A stretch of DNA of 64,000 nt, from positions 496,001 to 560,000 of the forward strand of contig NW_026867490.1 of the NCBI RefSeq assembly GCF_020745735.1, written 5' to 3'. The DNA is from Hemiscyllium ocellatum (Eukaryota). Under the pieces are notes generated by a model, which saw only the letters and a list, made by a program, of their open reading frames with translations, ran no database searches and was not told where the DNA came from. Within the stretch, counting starts at the first letter, position 1, and every line of letters starts with the position of its first letter. A program made the translations under genes and the position numbers. This document shows positions 51,776 through 63,900 of the stretch, in pieces.

Positions 51776-53086
51776 AAGTGCATGCTTTCAAGTTAATGAC
51801 GAGAGTGAGAAATGGAGAGAGAGGAAACGAAGAAAGAGAAAGCGTTTGAATTTCAGAAGTTGGCACTTCGACAGAAGCATTAAAAATTACTGATGTAAGG
51901 AGAAGTGATGTAGAAGAGAATTAAAACCACAAGATTAGCTGCTGAATTGGCTGATGACAATGAGTTGATCCCTAAAACAAAGTTCGAATTCCATAATCAA
52001 ATTCAATACGTGGGAGATAGTTATTTGAGAAAAGAGAAATGCTTACGTGGAAAGGGAAAAGTAGATATCGGTGAAGATCATAAGGATAAGTTACCACACG
52101 CTCAAAACGAAACTTTGAAGGGGAGAGAGAAGTTCAAATCATTCAGTACTTGCACAACAATAAAGTAGGCGTCATGAAATCATAATGTTGGTGGGTTAGA
52201 AGAAGCCCTGGGAAGACGTATGAAAACAGAATAAACAAGTGAATTTAGTTGATGTGGAATGAGAAAGCACAGTGGGGGCGAGAGTCCTGCACGAGAAGTT
52301 GCAAGCTGGTCGGAGGTTGGTTAAGAAGAAAGTGCCAAATCTACTGAAATCATATATCTGCAAAGGTAAAGTATATTCCCATCCGTCACAAGGAACATTT
52401 AAAGTGTTTACAATATTAAGACAGACAGGATCCTCTCGAACTTTTGAAGGACTATTGCCTGATAAAGTTCTCATAAAGGAATTAACGGTGAGACAAAAAG
52501 CGCATAAATAGGTATCGTTAGGTTAAAAAATATAGTGAAGAGTGGAAAATTCGTTGAAGGAATACCTGACAAACTCTCAATTCCAGGAATGCAAGTGCGA
52601 ATGATACAGCTGGTTCACCAGTAGCAGTGCTGCCCACTGTCTTTGAAAATCCAGTGAATCCTCAGGCATTTAATATATTGCAGGGCACATAGTCTGTAAT
52701 ATTTCCTGACTGTATGGCAACTAGGTCGTGAACTCATCAGCTGAAACAGGAGAGATCAAGGAGTACATACAAGAAATTTGAAAAATTAGCAGAGACCCTG
52801 TTTGATCACATGGTTGGCACAAACCAAGAGCAGATAGATGACGATGCAACCGTGATTCGCTCAGATAAGTCAACTGAGTTACATCAGAAAGATTAAAACT
52901 TAAAGCAATCGTCTCAAAATGAATGCATAGAAAACGAATCCGAAGATGCCCCATGATGTTCATATCTTCAAAATGACGACTTAATGAGGAAATGTAGACC
53001 ATTATGTATTCAGGCAGTTGAGAAATGGACAAGAGTTCATCATATTGTAGCATCAGTTGGTAATAGAAATGAGGTGATGCGAGTGG

Positions 53087-53248
53087 NNNNNNNNNNNNNN
53101 NNNNNNNNNNNNNNNNNNNNNNNNNNNNNNNNNNNNNNNNNNNNNNNNNNNNNNNNNNNNNNNNNNNNNNNNNNNNNNNNNNNNNNNNNNNNNNNNNNNN
53201 NNNNNNNNNNNNNNNNNNNNNNNNNNNNNNNNNNNNNNNNNNNNNNNN
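53087..53248. other. Assembly gap (N run)
   Basis: Run of n characters. Confidence 1.
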
Positions 53249-55045
53249 GTACACAACTGGCCTGGATTGTACAACAATTTGTTTGAATTTTGCCAGACAT
53301 GTCATAAAAGTCAGGTAATTTGAAAATCATAGGCAGTAATTTAACACGGACCTTTAATAAAAATCCGTGCATTTGAGGAAATCTTCATGAGAATCTTAAT
53401 TGATTGCGTCAGTAAATGACGTCAAACAAAATGTGGGAATCAGCATTTGTTCACATTAATGCATGTGCCGAGTAGATTTGCAAAGGCTTTTTTCATTAAA
53501 GAATATCACAAGGAAGATTAGTGTAGAGGAATTACTCAAGGTTTTCACAAGATATGGGCTCCTGACAGAGATAAGATTAGATCAAGGATCAAACGTCACT
53601 CAAGATTAGTCAAGAAAGTTTTGGAAAGCTTAGAAATAAAACAATTCAAATCTACTTCATAATATCTGGAACTGCAGAGAGTAGTGGATATGGGGCATCC
53701 AATATTAAAGACATTGTTGAACGCTTATAGTCATTACTATCTAGATGATTGGACGAAGAGAATTCCGTTTGTGCTTTTTTGTGATCAGAGATGGACAAAA
53801 TGACTCGACCAAATGGAGTCCATTTAAATTATATTTTGGTAAAAAAGTGAGAGGACCGTTAAAATTGATTAAAGCGAAGCTGGTATTGAGAATTCCGAAA
53901 TCATATATTTGTATTATGTGTCAAATTTTAGGGAAAGATTAAATAGAGCTAGGTAGTTGGTTAGACAGGTCCTTATCGTACAAAAGCATACAATGAAAAA
54001 GGAAGCAGACAAGAATTCAAAGATGTGCAATTTTGCTTTCGGGGATAATGCATTAGTGTTACTTCCAGTGATACATGAACCTGTAAGAGTAAGAATTTAT
54101 GAACATCATCAAGTCTGAAGGAAATTAAGTGAGGTGAACTCTTTGATAAGTACTCTAAATAGAAATATTTCTTCGCGTCTGTCTTGTGGATATGATCAAA
54201 AAGGTATTGAACAGGGAAGGAAAGCAAGAGGAGAACTTGTTAATGATTACAACACATGGGAAAGAACCAGGTTCAGAGTATTCTGAATTAGACATCCATC
54301 AAGTTAAATTAGACAGTGAGAAAATTGTCATGAATTGGGAAAAATAATTGAGTTAACCTTCCACAGGAAAACCGAAAATATCTGAAATAGTTATTGCTGT
54401 CACATGGGAAGATAAAGGGAATTATGCTGGTATGTACTAACCTAATTATGAATGAAGTAGATACTGCTTATCCAGTTAAGAAACATCCTTATAGGCATGA
54501 CAATATAAAGTTGTCACGTGTTCAAACGGAAATTAATCACATACTCCAAGACATAATTGATATGATTTTCAGTGACTGAAGCTCACGCATAGCAATGGTG
54601 CCAAAGCCAAATGATACACAAAGGTTATGCGTGGACTCCAGCAAAGTCAATGCAATTACAAAGTCTGATGCAGGTCAGATTCTGCGATTGTATAGTGTGT
54701 TCGAAGTTGTGACAAGTGACTTATATTTCTAAGTTGGACTGGTTTGGACGATACTGGCACGTAGCTTTGTCAGAAATAGCAAACACACTTCCGGCTTTCT
54801 TTATGCCGAATTGACTATATGAGTTTCAAGTCATGCTACTTGGCATGAAAAATGCGCCAGCCCCTTTTCAGAGGTTTATCAAGCTGTTTTGTATATATGG
54901 ATGATCCAGCGATTTCTGGTCTTCGTTATATATGGCACAGAAGGGTCATTTACAACACTTGTCAGGCTTTTTTCCATCAAGTTTGGATGGCTGGTTTTAC
55001 GATAAACCTGGATAAAAGTGAGTTTGCTGAAGCCTTGGTGACTTT

Positions 55046-55266
55046 GAGCTGAAAATGTGTTACTGGAAAAGCGCAGCAGGTGAGGCAGCACCCCAACGAG
55101 CAGGAGAATCGACGTTTCGGGCATGAGCCTGAAGTGATTCCTGAAGAAGGGCTCATGCCCGAAACGTCGATTCTACTGCTCATTGGATGCTGCCTAACCT
55201 GCTGCGCTTTTCCAGCAACACATTTTCAGCTCTGATCTCCAGCATCTGCCGTCCTCACTTTTTCCC
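55046..55266 (+). mobile_element. Short Penelope-derived palindromic element inserted in Gypsy RT
   Basis: Inverted arms of about 83 bp (55046-55129 / 55150-55232); flanked by tggtgacttt (55036-55045) and tggtaacttt (55267-55276). The RT frame EALVT...VTFPGHVI resumes across it. Confidence 0.9.
55136..55173 (+). ncRNA. Minimal type I hammerhead ribozyme motif
   Basis: gattc-CTGAAGA-a-gggc(tcat)gccc-GAAAC-GTC-gattc: complete core, 4-bp stem II, stem I with one U-U mismatch, loopless ACGU stem III. Confidence 0.75.
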
Positions 55267-55378
55267 TGGTAACTTTCCCAGGCCATGTTATTCAACACGG
55301 ATAATGACCCTATGGGATGAAAAAACAAAGGTAATTGGAGAGTATTCCCAAACCATCTACAAAAAGAGCTCTTCTCCT

Positions 55379-55875
55379 CAAGGTTTGTGCGAAGATTTGT
55401 AGCTCGGGTGCTCGTTGTTGTGGTTATGTTTGCCGAGCTGGAAGTTTTTGTTGCAAACAGGACAAACAGGAAGACAGCTAACAATCCGCATACAGGAACA
55501 TCAACTAGCCACGAAACGACACGAACAGCTATCCCTAGTAGCCACACACTCAGACAACAAGCAATATGAATTCGACTGGGAAAACACTACTATCATAGGG
55601 CAAGCCAGACAGAGAACAGCCAGCGAATTCCTAGAGGCATGGCATTCGTCCACAATCTCCATCAACAAACACATCGACCTGGACCCAATATACCAACCAC
55701 TACAGCGGACAGCGGAAACTGACATCCGGAAGCGGCAAGGACAGACCACTACAAATACCGGAAGAAACATAAAAGAAGCGCTTCACAGGAGGCTCCAGAG
55801 CACTGATGATGTCGCCTAGCCAGGGGACGAAACGTTTGCAACAAAAACCTCCAGCTCGGCGAACAGAACCACAAC
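55379..55875 (+). mobile_element. 5'-truncated Penelope-like element with inverted terminal segment and 12-bp TSD, inserted in Gypsy RT
   Basis: TSD agctcttctcct at 55367-55378 and 55876-55887. ORF 55415-55819 is a GIY-YIG C-terminal half (GQTGRQLTIRIQEHQLATKRH...FDWENTTIIGQ...EFLEAWHS). The 5' segment gttgttgtggttatgtttgccgagctggaagtttttgttgcaaac is the reverse complement of the 3' end. Confidence 0.92.
55800..55839 (+). ncRNA. Minimal type I hammerhead ribozyme motif in a PLE 3' end
   Basis: gca-CTGATGA-t-gtcgcct(agcc)aggggac-GAAAC-GTT-tgc: stem I gca/tgc, 7-bp stem II with one mismatch. Confidence 0.75.
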
Positions 55876-56776
55876 AGCTCTTCTCCTGTTCCTAGGATTA
55901 AGAGAATGCCATCGAAACTTCATACCAAATGTTAGCAATATGGCTGTTCCACTCACTGAATTGTTAAAGAAAAGCAAGACGTTTCACTGGACAGCAGAAT
56001 GTCAGAAGGCATTTGACAACCTCAAAGCTATGTAAACCATTGACCTTATATTAATATCACCTAATTTTGGAAGGCCATTCAAGGTGACTATCGAAGCGAG
56101 TGGTGTGGGTTTCGGTGCTACACTCTTCCAAGAAGACGATGAGTCGATAGAAAGAACTGCTGGTGTTTGCTCAGGATGTTGAACATTCAAAAGCAGAAAC
56201 AATCGACTGTTGAGAAGCGGACATGACCATGGTGCTGGCATGGCAACATTTAATGTATATATTACCAGTAATGTATCTGAAACAATCATATACCCTGCTC
56301 AGAACACATTGATGTTTGTGGAGAAATTTATGGTCAAAACTAAAAGACTGTTACGATCGAATTTATTGTTATAGCCATTCATTTTGAAAGGTTTGCTTGT
56401 GGTAGGACGAGAAAGCATGATTGCCGACTTATTGTCGAGACTCAAATGAGAAATGGAGGCGTTCGGTGGTAGCAGTAAAACAGAAAAAAACGGAGTGGGG
56501 TTGCGCTCGTTTGCATGTTTATAGTGTTTATGTGTGTTTCAGATGCCTCAGAAATATTTTAAGGTGTTTGAAAATGAAGCCACCTTTGGATATTGTTGGT
56601 TCGTTATTTTTCATGGGGCAAGTGTGATGAAGCTGTTCCTTTAACAAGGTTATGCAGACTTTGGTTTTCTTTTGAGTGGTCCTAAATGACAGACAGTGGA
56701 AAGTCTGGGGTGTTGGGTTTTAGGGCTATTCTGTTAATAACTAACAGACATTGCATCTGGTGAGGCTTTCAAGTTT

Positions 56777-56782
<6 letters not shown>

Positions 56783-56820
<38 letters not shown>

Positions 56821-56826
56821 TCTATC
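56783..56826. repeat. (CT)n/(CTAT)n microsatellite within the 3' LTR
   Basis: tctctctctctctctctctctctctatctatctatctctctat. Confidence 0.95.
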
Positions 56827-57529
56827 CAACGAATTTGAGTTGGATTTTAAATTTTGTACCAAGGTTGTTTTTGGGGATTGCTGCAAATATCTGCCACAGC
56901 ATCATTTAGTCGGAATGATCTGTTGAATTTTCAGAAAGGTTAATTTATTCATCACTGGGAGAGCAGTGTGTAAAACATACAGCATCAACAATCAAAAGAA
57001 GACATCAGTCTTGAGGACAGAGTTCAAACACTTGTACTGGATGCTGGGTCTTCTTGAGGATAATGTTACATTGCAGGCGATCATGAAGTAGTGACTGTTT
57101 TGGACAGAAACGATATGTCTGAGAAATACAGAATGGCAGATGAGCACAGAGTGACGAAGGAAGGCTAGAAGGAAAGGAGAGAGTAAAGAATGAAAGGATG
57201 TGAAAAAAGCTGCGAAGAACTGAAATAGGAAGAGTCTTAAATAAACTAACAATTGTCACTTGGACAATAATATTGCAGACTGGAAGGATTTAGGGCGTAG
57301 CGTTGGAACGGGATGTTGATCATGTGTTCACCTCTCATCAAGAAATGACGAATATCCAATCGTTCTAGATTTGCTTGGGATCGATTACAATTAGTTGTCA
57401 GAAGTGGAAAATAGGCGTTCTATCAAATTGCTATTTGTGCTGGTTTTCCACAACGTTCTATATAAGGTACGCATTGGAGGACTACATACTGAGCATGAAA
57501 CAGCATGAGGAGATATTTCTTCCCCCTCA

Positions 57530-59904
57530 CTATTTAAAGCAATTGGTGAGTGTGACAAATGGATAGATCAGAATATTCTTCAACTCCTCTCGAAACATAT
57601 TTTGAGATATTATATATATAAAGACGTTGTTGCAGGAACTTAGTAACTGAAGTGTATTGGCTGTCTCTTGGAAAATATACTGAGGGTCACTGAAATCAAG
57701 GCCACCGAAGTAACTCTTGTCTGTTAGCTGCATATAGATGAAATGTCCAACCAGAGGGGCCCACAGGAGGAGAAAGCTGATAGAGATGCTGAACAGCAGA
57801 ATAATGGACCTCTTGCGGTTGTTCATTTCCAAGTCTTGCTGCCCCTCGGCTCCCCGGAGCCTCCTTCGTGCTCTGTTGGCCGTTACGATCTGTCTTATGG
57901 TCAGGGCATTGAGTAGCAGAATGGCGAAGAATGGGAGAAAAGGAGTATAGATCTGGAAGAACCAATCATAAGCCTGCCAAACTGGTGAGATGTAATAGTT
58001 GGCTTTGATGTTGCAAAACCAGGATATCCCATCTAAAATGTAGATGGGTTCATAGACAAAGTAGATTGGAATATTTTTGATGCAGCAAAATGCACAGACT
58101 ATTCCAATGACCAAAGAAGTAGTCTTCGCTGTACAGTACCTAGTCTTCCACTTCGGGCAACAGATGGCCACAAAACGGTCAAAGGTAAAGACAACTGTTA
58201 GCCACACCGAGCAATCCCAGGTGGCAAAGACGAGCACAATGCTCAGAGTGCATGCAGGAGTGGTAGACAAGATACTTTCCCGGAAGTAGATGCGGCTGAT
58301 TCGGTTAAGGATGACTGCAATGGTGATGACAAGGAAATCAGTCACCGCGATTGCCACCAGGTAGTAGGTGATGCAGCGGGAAAGACCGCACCGTCCTCGA
58401 GACAGGACGATGATCGCCAACAAGTTGGCTGTGAGAGATCAAAAGAGAAAGATATAACTGAACTCATTCCAAACATTACCTGCTGCTTTGTGCAAACTTC
58501 AAACATCAACATATCACCTCTAGTCTCTTTTCTGTAACTGTTGACAAATTTTGGACATCCAGTGCAGCATGAAATATCTATCAATGCAATAAATTCTGAG
58601 AATAAGTAGTGCTCTCTGGTCACTGAGTAAGAACCAGCTGCGAATTGTCTAAGTCAGCGAAAGTGGAATAATGTGATGTTCATGAATTATTCATAACAAG
58701 CCCAACCTTCAATTCATAGATGTGAACCCCCGTCTCGACGGATGTCTCATTCTGTGCTATCTCATCTTTGGACTTTTCAGAAATTCTAGTGTCTGACTAC
58801 ATCCGTTCCGTAAAACCATACAACGATCTGAAATCTCAACTAACTTCAGTCTGTTTCTCGTGGGTCGGAAAATTGATAATTCAAGATGTGTCAGTTATAG
58901 ATGTATCTCGGAAATCCGCTCGCAAAACTATCTGGAATTATGAACTCGGCTTCTCCGTTTCTGTTCCCTTCTTTCATGCATTCGGTTGATCAAAACTTTT
59001 GGCGTTATCGCATATGTCCCGAGATTAAATTGGTTTACTTAATTTGTACTGATGAATGCGAAATACAGTGAGGTATTTTGAGGTCAAATGTAACCGGACA
59101 TTTTAATGATTGTAAACAACCCTTTTCTGGGAATTATTTAAAAATACAATTATCCAACATATGCCAAACATTGATGCAGAGAATCAATTTAACAATGACA
59201 TAAAAATATTGCATCGCCACTAACGTCTTTGAATTAAATTCGAATGAATTCCTAAAACCACATTCAAAATGGCACCATCCGGTGGAAACTGTATACTTTA
59301 TCACATCCTGTCAAAGCATGCACTGTAAGCTAATATGATCACTGAATGTATGTTTATAATACAAAACATCTCATAAGGTATGAAACAAAAAAAATCAACT
59401 TCACGTACTGCAGCGTGGAAAAAAGTTCACTGCACTATGAAAAAGTAAAAATCCTACAATCGACTAAAACGTTAGATTACAGTTCTCTGAATTGGAATGG
59501 ATGTTATTGTGGAACAATGTTATGGTTTAATATTGACGCATAGTCGCTTATCACAATTCGGCGTCTAATTGACATTTTTCCAAAAAGTACACAGAATACA
59601 AGAAAAAAGAACAGTTTGTGTTTCCTTGTAATGAAATTGCAAGTAATGCATGATTATATGCCTTGGCAAGCAAAGATCGCGAATGCAATATATGCATGGA
59701 AATCCCGTTGAACTCCCTTAAAATCCAATTGTGGAATATTGGAAAAATTCTGCCTAATCATGAAAGGGAAAGTATGAAATTTCTGGAAATACATGATCGG
59801 GTGAAAACCTTTTTCTCGAGTATCAGTGACTTACCAGTAGCGCCAACAGCCGCGAGAATTGAATAGCAAATGATAAAGAAGGGGGCAGTGACTGGTGCAT
59901 GCAT
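57530..59904 (-). CDS. GPR139/GPR142-like rhodopsin-family GPCR, complete two-exon gene (exon 1 59835-59904, exon 2 57530-58428), 322 aa
   Basis: Exon 1 MHAPVTAPFFIICYSILAAVGAT-G|gtaagt (70 nt, phase 1); acceptor ctctcacag|CC; exon 2 ANLLAIIVLSRGRCGLSRCITYYLVAIAVTDFLV...FTFDRFVAICCP...FLLLWAP...SSCNNVFIY...*. 70 + 899 = 969 nt, in frame, no internal stops. Confidence 0.93.
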
Positions 59905-61059
59905 CCTCATTCAAAATCGAGAGGAATTGACTGTCGCTGTAAAAGTTCGTTCCGTGACATATTCAAATAGTCACTTATTTATTCTGAGTGGTAGTCTCGA
60001 GAGGGACAATTAAATAAGAACGCACACCTTACTTACAGTTCGCTAAACCAAGAAATTAACTGTGATTCATGCCTTTAAACAGGTTGCATGATTGTATTTC
60101 ATTTTGCGACAGGGTCGTTGCAATTTCTCTGGTTCATCCGAATGAACAATCCAAACTCTATTTCTGTATCAAGTAGATCCATCAATGGTAGACATCGAGC
60201 TGGTTTTCTGTCTCCAGACTTTCTTTCTGTTTTTCATTTCTGCTATTTCCCAGTTGAATCCATTATGTCAAGCATCACCTTAGGTTTTCCTTTGCGTTCA
60301 TCCTTATGTGTTTTACTGCCTGACATTTTAACACTAAGAAAATATTTTCATCAATTTGCATTTGAACTTTTAGAAAATAAAGTTTGCAAACATGTGGTGT
60401 TAATGTGATTGGGACTTTCAAACACAGGTGTTGTCACATTGAAACTGAAAAATTCTTCATTTGATCTGAACAATCTGAAACCTGGCATGGGTGTTCAAGT
60501 GCTGAAGTTCGTGTTCAGATCTGCTGGTTCTGGAACAATTGGACAATGTTAATGTTTAATTTCACGAGAGAAACAAGAGGCCCACGCTAAACTGGAAGTT
60601 GGGTTAAAATATGTTGCCAGATTTACCAGGAAAGCAGACTTGGTCAATGTAATGCAGAATTTTCATATCATCCTCAGGAGCAATTGAAACAAAACTAATT
60701 CATGGAAATTTCCTGTAACAATACAGGCACGCCAGGAGCACTATGAACAAAGACATAGTCTAATCCAGTAATTAACACGTTTTCATAATGCCATGGGCAC
60801 TGTGTCGAGAAAAAAAACAACTAAGACAGTGTCTAAATTCACAGATCAGAGACATGGTGCAACTCACTGTAAACAGAGAGAGGGTGTAGCGCAATATCAG
60901 CAAAAATGAGAGAAATGTCAAAGGGAAATTAAGTGTAATCAAGGTCACAGCTGTCATCGGAGTCGTTGACATCGTGTCCAGTCGAGTAAAACAATTAGGT
61001 GGACAGTTTCAGCGATAACTGTGGGAAGGCATTAAGTACGACATAAATGATAGAACATC

Positions 61060-62000
61060 GAATAGGGAATATAGAACAGTACAGGTCATTGGGCCCTCGA
61101 TGTTGTGCTGAACGATTATCCTACTCTCTGTCCGGACTAACCTACGATATCCTTCAGAGTACAATGTTCCATGTGCCTATCCAATTGAAACTAAAATATC
61201 TCTTAAGTCTCTGATTCTTCTTCGACTGCTTGCATTGTACTCCACTCATTCAGCATTCTCCAGTAAAGAACCTTCCCATGAACTCTCCCCTAAATCTTCC
61301 TCTAATCAACATAAAATTGTGCCACACATGATAGCCATTTCCACCCTGGGAAAAAGTCTCTGGCTATTCATTGCATCTATCCCTCTCATGATCTTGGGCA
61401 CGTCCAACAAGTCACCTCTCATCCTTCTTCCCTCCAATGAGGAAAACACTAGTTCCTTCAAATTTACTTCATAAGACTCGCCCTCCAGTTCAGGAGGCAT
61501 CCTCGTAAGTCTCCTCTGCACACTCTCTACAGCTTCACATCCTTCCTATAAAGAGGCGAACAGAACTGAGCAAAATATTCCAAGTGTGGTCTGACCAGGC
61601 CTCTATGTAGCTGCATCATAGCCTCGTAGCTCTCAAACACAATTCCTCAACTAATGAAAGCTGACAAACATACCGCTGCTTCCAGAATCTTTCGACTTGA
61701 ATGAGAACTTCGAAAGATCTATGGACATGGACCCAAAAATACCGCTGTTCCGACGTAATTACCAAGTATCCTGACACTAACTCTATTTTCTGCATTCAAA
61801 ATCGAACTTGCAAAGCGAATTTCTTCGTTCTTTTCCGGTTTGAATTCCATCTACCTCTTCTCCGCCAATGTTTGCATCCTGTCAATGTCCCATTGCAGTT
61901 TGCAACAGCCATCCACACTATCAACAATTCCACACACCTTTGTATAATCGACAGGCTTATTAACCCAGATTTCCACTTCCTCATCCAAGGTCAGTGAATA
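61060..62000 (-). mobile_element. CR1 LINE 3' portion
   Basis: ORF 61306-61521 contains LFSSLEGRRMRGDLLDVPKIMRGID-like CR1 C-terminus; ORF 61796-61984 covers the RT-distal region. Confidence 0.85.
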
Positions 62001-62776
62001 TATAGGTCAATGTGCAGTTTCACACCTTCAGTATGCAAAATTGACAAAATGAATTATTACTGTCCGCCTGTGGAAGAACTGTTGAGCGTGAATTCTATTT
62101 CCCACCTCTCCACAAACCTGGCTTTCTGTCCACATTAATTCAGTGGCTGGTGTTTGATATCTCTATTTGTAAATTTGTCTACTTTTTCTCTTCAATTTTT
62201 TTTTCAAGTGTCAGGTTACTTTACATATTTAGTTTATTTGTTAGAGTACACATACTTATTGCGTCAACATGACGTAAATATTTCAATAGGTATATAGCTG
62301 ATGAAAATGAAATTACTGTTAGCCAATATAGGAAGGCATCTGAGTTCGTGGCCATTCCAATTTCAGGAGCATGCAGTAACTACAGTGTGCAACTTTTCCT
62401 GAATCCAACCACGTTCGCAATAAGGGTCAGCAAATGTTCTACTCTAATAAACAAATGCTCTAAGCAAAGTATTTGTCAGGTGAAGTAACAACTGAAATAT
62501 GGCTTTGGAAGGAGACACTAACGGCGACACTATCAGTCCCATTGCAAAAATATCTGCTTTAGTGTGCTAAGAAGCGAGCGAGCTCAAGGTAATGTGAACA
62601 AAAACAAGGGTGCTGTGATTTAACTTTAAACAAAAAATGAACAACCGTTTATGTGATAAAAGTCAAGATAGATTGACTGCAATGCATACTCAGTTATGGT
62701 AGAATGCTGCATTTCACGTTTTGTGACATGACCATGAGTTTGTGCGACTTCAAGGGCAAGTGCCGAGTGACACTGA

Positions 62777-63040
62777 GGAGCTCAGTGGTTAGCACTACTG
62801 CTGTATAACTTTACACACTGAGTTCGAATCTACCGTAGGGCGACTACTTGTGTGGACCTTGAACATTCACTCCATCCATTTGTTGGATTCCTCACATTGG
62901 AAAAGCGTACAGGTTAGCTGCATTGGGCTGGGGTGTGCAAATGGGTAATGTAGGGCTGATCTGGCTATGACGTTCTTCGCAACGTCGATGTGGTCTTGAT
63001 GGGCCAAATAGCGTGCTGTCACGTTTCGAGAATTCTAGTG
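62777..63040 (+). mobile_element. Degenerate HE1-like SINE
   Basis: ctcagtggttagcactactg...gagttcgaatc head, gggcgact..tgtgtgga core, gggccaaatag tail. Confidence 0.75.
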
Positions 63041-63099
63041 TAATTCACACAAATAAATGGTCACGTAAACTACTTAATAGAGATGATTTACAGTAGTAC

Positions 63100-63900
63100 T
63101 ACAGAGATAGGTTCAAGGAGATATTGGAAGGTGCATCTCACGCATTGTTAGCTGAAGGTAACGTTATAATACAGGGATCCATTAAATTGGAGGGAGCAAC
63201 AGAAAATATAGTGATATATTGAGTCAATATTTTGAGTGAGATTTACAGTGAACTTTGCAGCAAAGAGACAGATACCGCAAGAATATGTTGCCCAATTAAT
63301 GTCACAGTTTCCGAGACGTGCCAAATGATGGATAAGCAGAATGAGGAGCAGGCATCAAATAAAGATACAGATGGTGTGATGGGGGATTTCAGACAAGAGG
63401 AATTAATGGATGCTTCAAAGATTGCGGTGGGAAAAAATGAGTTCCAATTGCTGGGCTATAGTGTCAGCACTGGGATAAGTGGAAGTTGTTCCGTTCTGAT
63501 TGCCGACATCTGTGCTTTGCTGAGATCTGTGTCACAGAACGTTTAGGGAAGTAGTGAGGGTTCCGAACCTTGTCAGGGCAGGATTACATTTTGGAACATT
63601 GATTTAATCAAAGAATATAGCAAAGGCATTCTTTTGGAAAATAATCAACTGCGCGTGACTAGTTGGGGCAGAAAGTGCAAACTTATATATAAACCAACAG
63701 ATAAAAGCAGAACTTACAGGGACAATGAGCAGGCAAAATGCAAATATTGCAATCAAAACAAAGGAAGAATGTCAGTCAACATGGCAAGTTAAATTGAAAT
63801 AAGCAAGTATAATCTGATATTTATTGCAGAGACATATTACCCACAACTCGTAATTTGAAAACAGATGCATAAATTCACTGATAGCGTGCAATACAGGGTT
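63100..63900 (+). mobile_element. Degenerate CR1 endonuclease region
   Basis: GVMGDF motif (APE-type endonuclease MGDFN) in ORF 63232-63546. Confidence 0.55.

Larger units (their letters stand above)
49972..56960 (+). mobile_element. Decayed Gmr1-type Gypsy LTR retrotransposon (5' LTR 49972-50594; gag; integrase about 53250-53900; RT about 54450-55370; RNase H about 55890-56400; 3' LTR from 56623)
   Basis: Both LTRs start tgtga(c/t)gaagctg..ctttaacaaggttatgcagac; 5' LTR ends ...ataaca followed by a decayed PBS (ttgtaggctcgt); purine tract ggggcaag before the 3' LTR. Integrase: FCQTCH, LDQGSN, SPFKLYFGKKVRGPL. RT: PVKKHPYR, LCVDSSKVNA, LGMKNAPAPFQR, VYMDD. RNase H: CQKAFDNLK, PFKVTIEASGVG. 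Many stops and frameshifts; right boundary approximate. Confidence 0.9.
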
